Part shown: positions 1 to 10,760 of the stretch, in pieces
Numbering within the stretch: the first letter of the stretch is position 1
How the letters are laid out: every line of letters begins with the position of its first letter
Source of the DNA: Conidiobolus incongruus B7586
Taxonomy: Eukaryota
NCBI GenBank assembly: GCA_000697335.1
Contig: JNEM01008304.1
Coordinates: forward strand, 1 to 34,898
Length of the DNA: 34,898 nt
Direction: 5' to 3'
Position numbers and translations under genes: made by a program
Notes under the pieces: model-generated
The model's input: only the letters and a program-made list of their open reading frames with translations
Told to the model about the DNA's origin: nothing
Databases searched by the model: none

Positions 1-210
1 TAATCTTTTATTTAAGAATAAAACAAAATATTAAAATAAACAAAAATTACCTTTTTTATTAATTTAAGGAAATAAATATTTATATGTATATAAGTATTTA
101 TTATTATAATTTGTAATATATCTTTTAAAAGAAATTACCCTTTAGTTATTATTTTTAATATTAATTAAGAATATTTATTATTTTATTCTATATTTGAAAA
201 ATACATATAA

Positions 211-606
211 TGTAAGTATAGTGGTAGTTAAACTAATATAGTATAAAGGAAGACTTAATATAAAAGTAGTGTGCACAGAACATGGTAATATAATATGGCT
301 ATAGTATGCAAGTGTAAATAAAGTTTAATTAAGCTTCAAACTAGGATGAGTCACTGATATATTAAGATTTATATTAGGTAGTGCCAATATCCTATAATAT
401 TAACAGAATATAGTTTCAATCTTAAAAATAATATAAAAGTAAAAAATAGTAAGAATTGAGAAAAAAAGAAGAACCTAATTTATTAAATAATTCAATACTA
501 TTTATACAATTAATTTAACTATATAAGTATAAATTAATTATATAATTTATAGTTAATTGAATTATATAAAGTATATATAAGAATTTAAAGAATTAGTCTC
601 TTAATA
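211..606 (-). repeat. 3' LTR (396 bp)
   Basis: Aligns end to end with 5523-5919. On + it starts TGTAAG and ends CTTAATA (CA mutated to TA). It adjoins the polypurine tract. Confidence 0.96.
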
Positions 607-612
607 CTCCCC
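607..612 (-). other. Polypurine tract remnant (GGGGAG on minus strand)
   Basis: CTCCCC on + directly abuts the LTR, the expected PPT position for a minus-strand element. Confidence 0.8.
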
Positions 613-669
613 TAATAAATTTTTTAAAAGAGACACACTCCCTAGATTTTTACAAATAGGTATAATAAG

Positions 670-3600
670 CTAAAATATTCTTAATATTTTCTAGGGGTTT
701 TTATATAGCTTCTTTAATAAGATAACCTATCTATTTTATATAAAAATAAAACTTATTCCTAACAAATTTAGACTTAATTATATAATCAACATAGTATTTT
801 TTTTTTCTATTTTAATTAATAATTAGATCTAGTTTTAAAGTTTTTAATCAATTAAAAAAAGTGTTAAAATCTTTAAAGTATAGTTTAATTTTAGATATGT
901 GAAAAGTAAGGTTAATCCTTAAAGTTAAAGGTAATTCTAAGATAATATTTTCAAAATTTAAATCAATAGATTAAATTTTATAGGGATTATAATATAATAA
1001 TAAGTATTTGGGATTTAAGCTAGATTTAAATAAGATAGGTTTAAGGGTAAATTATTCTAAATATATAAACATGCTAATTTTATATTTAAGAGGATTTCTA
1101 AATAATTTTAAATATTATTGTTGTATAATCTTTTGATTTTCTTCTAAGTTAAATTTAATAAAGGAATTAATATATTTGATATTGGATTAAAATTCAACAA
1201 TATTTAAAAGTAAATTGATTTAAAGTTTTAGAGTAATTATTAAATTAGGATATTTATTATAACTGATAAAATAAAAGCTAAAACTTGTTAATTTATTAAT
1301 AAAGGTTTTAAATGAATATTAAAGTTAGTAGATATAGATATCCTAATTTAACTAATTAGTGTTAATATAGGTTTTAATCATTTGCTTTAAGGTTTTAATA
1401 ATTTTTTCAACAAGTTTATTAGTTTCATAATAATTAATAGTAGATATAGCTAGGTTAATCTTAAAAGAAAAAGATAGTAACTTCTAGAATTAAAAGTTGA
1501 ATTATATATTTTTTTCAGATATAATAGTTTGTAGAATTTTATAATAAGTAAAGATATTAGAGAATAATAATTATATAACATCTTTAGCTATAGAAGTTTT
1601 GAAATAAAGAATAAAATAAACATATTTAGAAAATAAATCAATTACAATTAGTAAATTATCATAACTATTTATTAATTTAAGAATTTCCATGAAATCAAGT
1701 TGGATTTATTATTAAATTTCATTAGGGACTTATAAGGGAATAAATTTACTATATTTTAATTGAGTATTATATTTAATTCTTTAATATATATTATAAGTAT
1801 TAGTGTATTTCTAAATTAATTTAACTAGGGAAAGTTAGTAATATTTTATTTTAATTCTCTTAGTAGTTTTTAACTAGTTTTAATATTTCCTAATAAGTAA
1901 ATTATAGCATTTATCAAATATTGTTTGTTAAATCTAAGGAATATTAAGAATATATAGACAATTATTATAATATAATAAGTTATTGATAATTTTAAATCTT
2001 TTAACATATTTTAATTGGTTTTCTAATAGTTTAAAGAGTTTTCCTTTAATTAAAATAAAGAAATTATTATTTAATAGTGTTTCTTAAAATAGTTTAATAA
2101 ATTCTTTATTTCTTTCATTAATAATTATTAAGTTAATATTTGCTGGGTTTTTATAATTAGAATAAAAAAGTAGGTATGTAAAATTTTTTAACAAAGTATC
2201 TATAATATAGTTTTATTAACTTAAAAGATATTAAATAAAGAAAAAGTAAGCTTAAATAGTTTTAATTTATTTAATTTATCTTCTTAATAAATACTTTTAA
2301 GTATTTAAGTAGATAAGTAATTTATAATCTGTAAGTGTTAAGAAAAAGTTGTAAAATAAAAAATATAAGTGATTTTTAATTGTTTCTATTAAAATAAGAA
2401 GTTTTTATTTATAGACTAGGTATTTTAATTCAGCTAGTTTTATTTTTCTTAACCAGAATGTTATTAGTTTTAAGATAACATTTGTAAAGTTAAACTCAAC
2501 TTATTCTCTTTTATTTATTATTTTATCCTATAGTTATAAAATAAAATATAAATTAAATTTAAACTAGGTTAATTATTTACTAATTGTAAAAAAATTAGAG
2601 TTGGTAAAAATAATAGTAGGTAGTTTTAGATTAAAGATAAATAAAGTAAAAACATTAGTAATATAGAAAATTAAAGTATTTATGTAGAAAATATATAATA
2701 GGGTTTATTTAAAAAGAGAGTTTTTCTTTAAAAGGTTAGTAAAAAAAATAATAAGTTCAACAAAAGAATCAATAAAATCTTTAAAGTAATTTAATAATTT
2801 AAGTATAAACATAAGTTAATTTTTGTTTATAAGTATAGTAAAAACTTTAACATTATTAAATTTAGTTAGATTAATATTAATTCTTTAAGAGGAAATAATA
2901 TAACTATAAAAAAAGATAGAAAAAACACTAAAGATGTATTTTAATAGTTTTAAAGGTAATTTATATTCTTGAATAATTTATAAAATTTAATTAACATATT
3001 AAATATATTCTTCTTTAGTTTTTAAATAAAATAAGATATTATTAAAATAAATAATAATAAAGTTATTAAAAATAAAATTAAAAAGGGAATTGATAAATTA
3101 AATAAAAGTTATAAAGGTATTATATAATCTAAAGTTTATAATAATAAATTTATAGTAACTTAAAAAAGTATTGAAAATAATTAAAAGATAAAATTTTCTT
3201 AAACACTAATATTATAATATCTATTCTTAATATCTAATTTAGTAAATATAGTTGATTTAAGTAGTTTATCTTTAATATCATATAAGTTTAATAATAAAGT
3301 TTTATCCTTAATAACTTTAAAGTTTAAAATATAGTTATTAATATATAATCTTCAACCACCATCAGTTTCTTTTATAAAGAGGATTAGAAATTTTTATGAT
3401 AAAGAAAAAAGTCTAATATATCTATTTTTAAGTAGTTTTTAGATTTCTTCTTTTAAAGTTTAATATTATTCAAGAGATAAATGGTAAGTAAACTTTAAGT
3501 ATAATTATATACTAAAGAGTAGTTTAATTTTATGCTTAATATTATATTTAAAAGGTAATTTATCTATAAGTTTAAAAACATTAGCAAATTAACTTATTAT

Positions 3601-4510
3601 ATTATATAAGAAGTGGTTATTAGATATAATTTTATTGAAATTAATAAATAAAGTATTAATAAATAAATAATAAACAAATATATATCTTTATAAATTATTA
3701 AAGTTTTTAATTAGTTTTTTATATTAATTTTTGCTTATAATAATAGAATTATTTATTATAATTGTAAAGTTAATGTTAGGTATAATATTAAATAATTTTA
3801 TAATAAGGTAATATAAATTTTTTAAGATTAATTTTACTAATTTTTTTTAGATTATAAAAAAAATAAATTTGAAACTTTTTAAGGTAATATTGATAAATAT
3901 AAAACTGTGATATTTAAACTAATTTTAACCTAGTATAAAATAATAACTAATGTTACTAACTAAAAATTTAATATATTAGGAGTAGTTAAAGGATAATGAT
4001 AAATATTTAAATATAGTATTAGATGCTTATTTTATTAAGTTGTTAGTATATTTAATTATCAAGTTACTTTTTTAAGTAGGTAAAGATAATTTTACAACAA
4101 TAAAAGAAGAGATAATATAATTAAAATAACTAAAATCAATTAAAACACTAACAAGTATGTTTATAAAAAAATTAATTAACATAAACAATAAAGTAATAGT
4201 TAAAGGTAAAGAATTACAAGGTAAATTAGTTACTAGAATATTTTTAGTTTCTAATAATTTAATCAGTTGGATTTCTTTAGTATATATAGTTTAATTTATA
4301 AGATTAATAGTTTAATAGAACTTTTGTAAATTAAATTAGAATTTGCTAACTAATTGTAAAAAAAATAATTTTAAGGTTATATTAATATTATTCAAGTTTA
4401 ATTTATGGTTAGTAAGTTAAGATTGTTGAAGATTAAACAAATGTTGTTTCCTTAAAGGGTATTTATTAACTTTATAGTTAATTTAAGTTTTTTAACAGTA
4501 GTAACAATTT
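670..4510 (-). pseudogene. Degenerate gag-pol (recognisable portion)
   Basis: Manual minus-strand translation. Zn knuckle relic CYYC*KT*INYKVNKYP (~4458-4510). Protease VLIDFSYF, consensus VLIDSG (~4120-4155). RT LILFIKETDGG*RL, FTKLDIKNRYY, YKFIIINFRLYNT, FIIIYFNKYLIYFKTKEEY (~3000-3390). RNase H FWLRKIKLAELKYLVYNKKLL (~2390-2460). Integrase LDFMEILK..YDNLLIVIDYFSKYVYFIL (~1600-1700). GPY/F relics YNPYKI and LELPLTLRINLTFHISKIKLY (~880-995). Chromodomain YYVDYIIKSK..FYIK*IGYLIKEAI*KPLENI (~680-796). Most deviations from consensus are explicable by C>T/G>A. Confidence 0.92.
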
Positions 4511-5510
4511 TTGTTTATTTTTAAATAAGCTTTAGTTTTTTTACTAAAGGTTTTCTTATAAAACTTTAAAATAAAAATATTTATCATTTAAAACTTAAGT
4601 GGGTTAAAGTAAAGTTTAAAAAATTAATTTTTAAGGTAAAAAAATTTAGTTATAGAATAAAAAATATTGTTAATTATAATTATTATATCACAAATATTAA
4701 AAAAAACATATTATTAAAATATTCTTTATTAACTAACTAAAGCTTTATTTAAAGGTTAAAACATTATAATAATTTGTAGATTTGTTTTTCTTTAGTGATA
4801 TTTAATATATTTAAGTATATCTCATTAAATTTCTTAATTAATTATTTTGTAAAAGTTTTTTATTTAAGCTAGGAAAGTTTTTCTTTTATTAATTAAACTT
4901 GATTTTTTAAGTAATACTTCTCTTTAAAAACTTTTTCTAATTGTTTAAAAGTTTATATCTTTATAGTAAATTATCCTCTTAAAGATTCTTTAGGATTAAG
5001 TTTATAATAAGTTAATTATTAAATATAAGTAGATTTTTCTAAAAAAGAAATGGTTAATTTAAGGATATTCTCTAAATCTTTATTTAAAATTAAATTAAAG
5101 TAATTCTTTATATTTTTAAAGTAGTTTTCAAGCTTGTAGAGGTTTTTAAAACTATTATAAATAGTTAATTTGTTTTTAAAAATACTAAAGAGGTAGTTTA
5201 ATATATTAATTATAATAAAGTAGCTGGTTTATTAGATTTAAACTTTTTAAAACATATTTTTTTTAATTAGAAATTATTTAATATAAGCTTTTTAAAGGGT
5301 AATAAGCTTTTAAAGATTAAAGTCTTAAATTTACTTAGTAATTAAACTATTATTATTATTAAAATAATATAAGGGTATTTCTTTTTTTAGTGGTATTATA
5401 ATATATAGTATTAAATTTAAATAAAATAAATTATAGATAAAATTTAAAATAGTAATAATTAAGTTTAATATAAGTAGTTATTAATTTCTAATAGGTTTTT
5501 AATAGTTTTA

Positions 5511-5522
5511 TCACTGCTACTA
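5511..5522 (-). other. Primer binding site for initiator tRNA-Met
   Basis: The + strand reads TCACTGCTACTA against the tRNA-iMet 3' end TCGCTGCTA+CCA (gene at 27178-27249): 10/12 match, both mismatches transitions. It directly abuts the 5' LTR. Confidence 0.88.
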
Positions 5523-5919
5523 TATAAATATAATGGTAGTTAAATTAATATAGTATAAAAGAAAACTTAATATAAAAATAATATGTGTAGAATATAATAA
5601 TATAATATAGCTATAGTATACAAGTATAAATAAAATTTAATTAAGCTTTAAATTAAAATGAATCATTGATATATTAAGATTTATATTAGATAGTACTAAT
5701 ATCCTATAATATTAACAAAATATAGTTTCAATTTTAGAAATAGTATAAAAATAAAAAATAGTAAGAATTGAGAAGAAAAAGAAAAACCTAGTTTATTAAA
5801 TAGTTCAATGCTTTTTATACAATTAATTTAACTATATAAGTATAAATTAATTATATAATTTATAATTAATTGAATTATATGAAATATATATAAGAATTTA
5901 GAGAACTAGTTTTTTAACA
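5523..5919 (-). repeat. 5' LTR (397 bp)
   Basis: Aligns with 211-606. On + it starts TATAAA (from TGTAAG) and ends TTAACA, followed by the TSD TATAA. Confidence 0.96.
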
Positions 5920-5964
5920 TATAATTAATAATTTAAAGGAATAAATATAAAAAATTAAAAAACC

Positions 5965-6362
5965 AGTAAGGATAATAAGTAAAAAAATAGATATAATATA
6001 AAAGGAAACTTGATATAAATATAATATAATCTGTAATATAGTAATAGTATAGCAGGATAATATAAACATAAATAAAGTTAATTAAAGCTTTATAAATAAT
6101 AAGTGAATATAGTTATATAAAATTTTATATTAAATAATATCAATAATATATATTGATAGATATAATCTTAATTTTAGAGAAAATAGTGATAAAATATCAG
6201 AAATAATAAGAATTAAGAGGAAAAAGAAAAACCATGTTTTTTAGTTAAATCAATACTATTTATATAATTAAAACTTTAAAGTTATAAATTACTTGATTAA
6301 TTTAGACTTAATCCAATTATATCAAATTATATATAAAGATTTCAAGAATTAGTCTCTTATCA
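5965..6362 (-). mobile_element. Solo LTR of a related, diverged family
   Basis: 398 bp and collinear with the neighbouring LTRs (shared AATAAAGTT..AAGCTT, AAGAATT..GAAAAACC, CAATACTATTTATA, terminal AAGAATTAGTCTCTTA). It ends in CA and is flanked by AAACC at 5960-5964 and 6363-6367. The first base is A rather than T. Confidence 0.85.
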
Positions 6363-9170
6363 AAACCATTATATTTTATATATTCACCATATTATAACCT
6401 GTGTGACTTTAAATATTATAAATTATTGCAAAATATACTTATAAATAATTCTTGTAAATAAACTTAATTTGTTTATAAAGTATTAAATTTAAGCTTTAAT
6501 AAAAAAGTTTTTTAATATTATAGATTTTATTTATTATTCTTCAGATTTAAATATTGCAGCTATGATCCTATACTTTTTATACTGATTATTAATAGCTTTG
6601 TTTAATGTTAGTTAACTTAAATTCTTTTTAAACCAATTAAATTATATTTAAATCATAATAAAATCTCTTAAGCTTTTTAAATAATTATTTTGCCAAATAA
6701 ATTAAAAGTATATATATCGTAAATAAAAATATTTAAAACTCAATAATAAAATAAAATAGTATTTAAATTTATACTTAAGTATTTATTTTTCTTATATATA
6801 ACTCACGATGCTCAATTAAATCTATCAAATTTTATTATATTAAATTTGTATATAAATTATTCAAATTAGAAAAGTCATTACTTGATTGCATCATATTTGT
6901 CAAAGATTCTTTAATTGATATAACCCACTATTAGCATAATTGATATGATTCTAACATTGATTAAATATTAATATTGTTTAAATATAAAATTTCCTTTAAA
7001 ATACTACATTAAAATTTATTTTAATAAGATTTTAATAACTTTAAATATTAAATGAAATTTTCATATTATTAAATTTTAAATAAGCTATCTATTAATATTA
7101 TACTTGAATTATAAAGGTTAAAAAATAATTGATAAAAAATTATTAAAAGAAAAATTAAAATTTTATAAAGAAATTTAAGTATATTATTTTCAAATTTAAT
7201 CACTATTATTAATATTCAATCCATAACGTAAAATTCACAATATATTATTTTAGAATCAAAAATCATATAATCTTATTTTGAAATATATGATAGTCAATTT
7301 ATATTACTTAATATGAGAGAAAATTGAAAAAAAATAAATAATCTGATAGATAAATTAATCAAAAAAGGATTTGTTTGGCAATACTAAGAGATTGAATTTT
7401 ATAAATAATTTGAAAATTAATTTGAATTTACATATAATTTTTTAATATTTTAGTTGATGACTGAAATGTTTCAAAGTATATTGAGATTGAAAATAAATAT
7501 CAATATATTAGAGGTCAATATTAATTGAGTATATACAATTCTATAGTTATTTATTATATAATTCGATTTTATATTTTTAATCAATTGTTATTCTTAAATT
7601 AGAATTTCATGATTATTGATTAGTTATTTTTAAATTTATTCATGATATTAATACTTCTACAAAAGATAAATTTAAAATTTAAAAATAATATAATTAAATG
7701 ATTTTTATATAAGCTATTTTTAGGTAGTTGCTTTAATCAATAATATAATATAAATTTATATTATTTTTTCTATCTATCATTCGATTAAAATATTTAAATT
7801 TTATCATATACCAAACAAATTGAACAATATTATATTCAACAATAATTTCTCTATCAATTTGATTTTAAACGTTATTTTTATTCAATATAATAATGTATAT
7901 TCCTTTTTCCTCATCTGAAAATTGCTACAAATATTCAATTAATCTATAATTTAAATTATTTCTTAATTTAGAAATTAATCTTTGATTTATAATGTTCATC
8001 AAATGGCCACAATGTCAAAGCTTTTGATCAGGTATATATTTTTACTAATTTCTTCAAGTATGTAATATAACTCCTTTAAGTATTTTTAAAAATGTTTTAT
8101 TTCAACAATTTACTCTATTTTCAATAATTATTAAATGATATTATGAGATATATTAAATGATGTTTCGAGCAATCGAAATAAATTACATATATGTTCAATT
8201 ATTTTATGAAATACTGAATTCATAGAATTACAAACAAAAAATTGATAATATATATAATTAGGAAATTTTAATGTCATGAATCAGATTATTTATTTTGTAT
8301 CCGAGGGATAAGCTACTGTTTGAGATTGTGCGAACTTTTATATCATGTATTTATCCGATATACTTTAGTTTTTTAACTGAATATAAAAAATATTTTAATA
8401 TATTTATCTTATTAATGACTAATAAGAGTTTCAATGGGTATATTTATTAGTTATAAATATCAATTTTTATGAGCGTGTGAATGTAAAATTTTATCCATAA
8501 TGTATTTTATGTCTTGTTAAATCCTTAAAGTTCTCTATAAAAAGATATTTCGAAATCTATTATTTTTGTTTACTTAAAGTTTTACTAATAATACTATATG
8601 GGCTAAATATTCAATATTATCAACTTATAATAATACAAGATCTCTGTAAATCTCTATTATCTCCTTGTACTTGATTACTAATGTAAAGTTATGCAAACCA
8701 GCAACAAAGTAGTATACCCGTTCTATTTACCATAATTAGGTATATCAATTCATAATCCATTTCTCAGATTAGATTAAATTCAGTTAAAAATTCAATATTG
8801 CTCGGTTTAAATGATTTAATAAATATTCCCAAATACAGAAATTTTGATCAGTTTGAGTAATCTTGATAGCTGCCCCTAAATTGGGTTCTGATTGGACATT
8901 GATCTCCCAACAATCATGGGAAAACATTTCAAGTTATCCACCTGTGGATATTTTTTGAGACCAAGATGACACAACTTACACGATTAAGAATTAATATAAA
9001 TACACGACAATTCTCATTAAATTGTTACTGTAAAAATAATAAGTATAAAAAAAAAATAAATTAACAAAGTAACGAAATAATAGTGGATAGATAAAATATT
9101 GTATATTAATTGAATCAAAATTCGTCATTATTCATCCCTTGCTTATTTAATTCATACCTTATAAATTTTC

Positions 9171-10760
9171 ATGTCTGAAAAAGTTTCACCACAAGAATCT
9201 TACTACTCCGAAGGAGATATTAAAAAAATTCCAACTACAAAATCACAAGATTTGGAAGCGAATCAAGATGATCAACAAACACCTGAGCTCTCTAGAAAGC
9301 AATTGTTTACTATTATGTTAGGTATTGTATTGGGTGTGTTTGTTGCAGGAGTTGATGAAACTATTTTATCAACTGCTAACGAAGTTATTACCACGGATTT
9401 AAATGCCCAGGGTTCACTCACATGGATTGCTACTTCCTATCTTATGACCATCGTTGTCTTCACCCCTCTCTATGGTAAATTCTCGGATATTTTCGGCCGA
9501 AAAGTTTGTATGCTTTTTTCTTTATTCTGTTTTTCTGTTGGTAGTCTCGGATGTGGTTTGGCTGTGAATATTGTTATGCTAATTGTCTTCAGAGCTATTG
9601 CAGGTATTGGTGGTGGAGGTATGATCTCTGTTTCCTTCATTATTATTTCTGATGTCGTTAAATTGGAGGATCGTGCCACTTATCTTGGTCTGATTAGTAT
9701 TAGTTTTGCTATTAGTAATATGTTAGGACCAATCTTGGGAGGCTTGATCGTTGATCACATCAGCTGGAGATTTATTTTCTATATTAATTTACCAGTTGCT
9801 GGTATTTTGGCTTTGATTGTTATTTTTATTATGCCTCTACCTTGGGTTGAAGGTTCTTTGATGAGTAAAGTGAAGAGAATTGACATATTAGGCACTGTTA
9901 CTCTCAGTATATCGATTGTTCTTTTTGTATTAAGTACAACATGGGGTGGTAAAGACTACCCTTGGTCTTCATATCAAGTACTAATTCCTCTTATCTTAAC
10001 ATTTGTCGCGTTAATTGCTTTCGGCTTCATTGAATATAAGGTTGCTCAAGAACCCATTTTACCTCCTAAAATGTTCAACTCTAATGTAATCATCTGTTGT
10101 CTATTGGGCTTGGTATTGGGTCTTAATCATTTCACAGTTGTTTATTATCTTCCCGTATATTATCAGATTTTACGTGGTTACACCGCTAGTGAATCAGGAT
10201 ATCAACTCGCTCCATTTTTGGTTTGCGTTTCACTAGTCGCAATGATTTCTGGAATTATCGGTAGTAAACTTCAATCTTTCAGAATTCCTATCAGAATAGG
10301 AACAGTTTTAATGATGATCGGATCTGGTTTATTATGCATGGTTTCAGATACCTTACCCAATTGGTGTATGATTTTATTCCCCATTATTTTAGCTTTTGGT
10401 ATTGGATTTGGTATCCAAATGACTCTTGTGGGTGCTCAAGCTTCTTCTGATCCCGAATATGTCGCCATTTTAGCTAGTTTCTTCAATTTTACTTTTAATA
10501 TGGGCGCTACTGTTGGTTTAGCCATTGCTGGTGCTATTGTCAATAATCTCTTAGCCGATTTCCCATATTTGATCGGAAGTGGTGGCCATGGAGAAGCGCA
10601 TATTACCCAGCCCATTCCAATTGAAGGTCAATTAGCGTATTATGGTGCTTTAAGAGGCATCTTTTATTTCTTATTGGGTATTAGTATTTTCGGATTTATA
10701 ATAAGTATGTTACTTAAGTATAGATCATTATCTGGTGTGTCCGCTAGTCCTGGGCATTAA
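9171..10760 (+). CDS. MFS transporter, 14-TMS DHA2 (EmrB/QacA-like) drug:H+ antiporter family
   Basis: Intronless 529-aa ORF with WIATSYL, PLYGKFSDIFGRK (motif A), FRAIAGIGGGG, GPILGG...SWRFIFYINLP and many hydrophobic segments. Confidence 0.93.
   Translation: MSEKVSPQESYYSEGDIKKIPTTKSQDLEANQDDQQTPELSRKQLFTIMLGIVLGVFVAGVDETILSTANEVITTDLNAQGSLTWIATSYLMTIVVFTPLYGKFSDIFGRKVCMLFSLFCFSVGSLGCGLAVNIVMLIVFRAIAGIGGGGMISVSFIIISDVVKLEDRATYLGLISISFAISNMLGPILGGLIVDHISWRFIFYINLPVAGILALIVIFIMPLPWVEGSLMSKVKRIDILGTVTLSISIVLFVLSTTWGGKDYPWSSYQVLIPLILTFVALIAFGFIEYKVAQEPILPPKMFNSNVIICCLLGLVLGLNHFTVVYYLPVYYQILRGYTASESGYQLAPFLVCVSLVAMISGIIGSKLQSFRIPIRIGTVLMMIGSGLLCMVSDTLPNWCMILFPIILAFGIGFGIQMTLVGAQASSDPEYVAILASFFNFTFNMGATVGLAIAGAIVNNLLADFPYLIGSGGHGEAHITQPIPIEGQLAYYGALRGIFYFLLGISIFGFIISMLLKYRSLSGVSASPGH

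Larger units (their letters stand above)
211..5919 (-). mobile_element. Full-length, hypermutated (dead) Ty3/Gypsy LTR retrotransposon, chromovirus type
   Basis: Direct terminal repeats 211-606 and 5523-5919 with outer TG...CA termini. Identical 5-bp flanks TATAA at 206-210 and 5920-5924 (TSD). PBS and PPT in minus orientation. Domain order on the minus strand is Gag-PR-RT-RH-IN-chromo. Confidence 0.96.

Noticed and set aside
781..1740. Apparent protection of TCA/TGA or CAA/TTG among surviving cytosines
   Set aside because: A rough hand tally (about 22 TCA/TGA vs 14 ACA/TGT) is not convincing without an ancestral consensus.
1..6362. Extremely AT-rich, ORF-free start as organelle DNA or alternative-code genes
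   Set aside because: LTRs, TSD, PBS and Pol motifs explain it. The stops sit at mutated TGG/CAA-type codons and other residues are equally damaged, so this is not codon reassignment.
8934..8950. Resemblance to bacterial DnaA boxes (TTATCCAC)
   Set aside because: Eukaryotic nuclear context with no oriC-like cluster.
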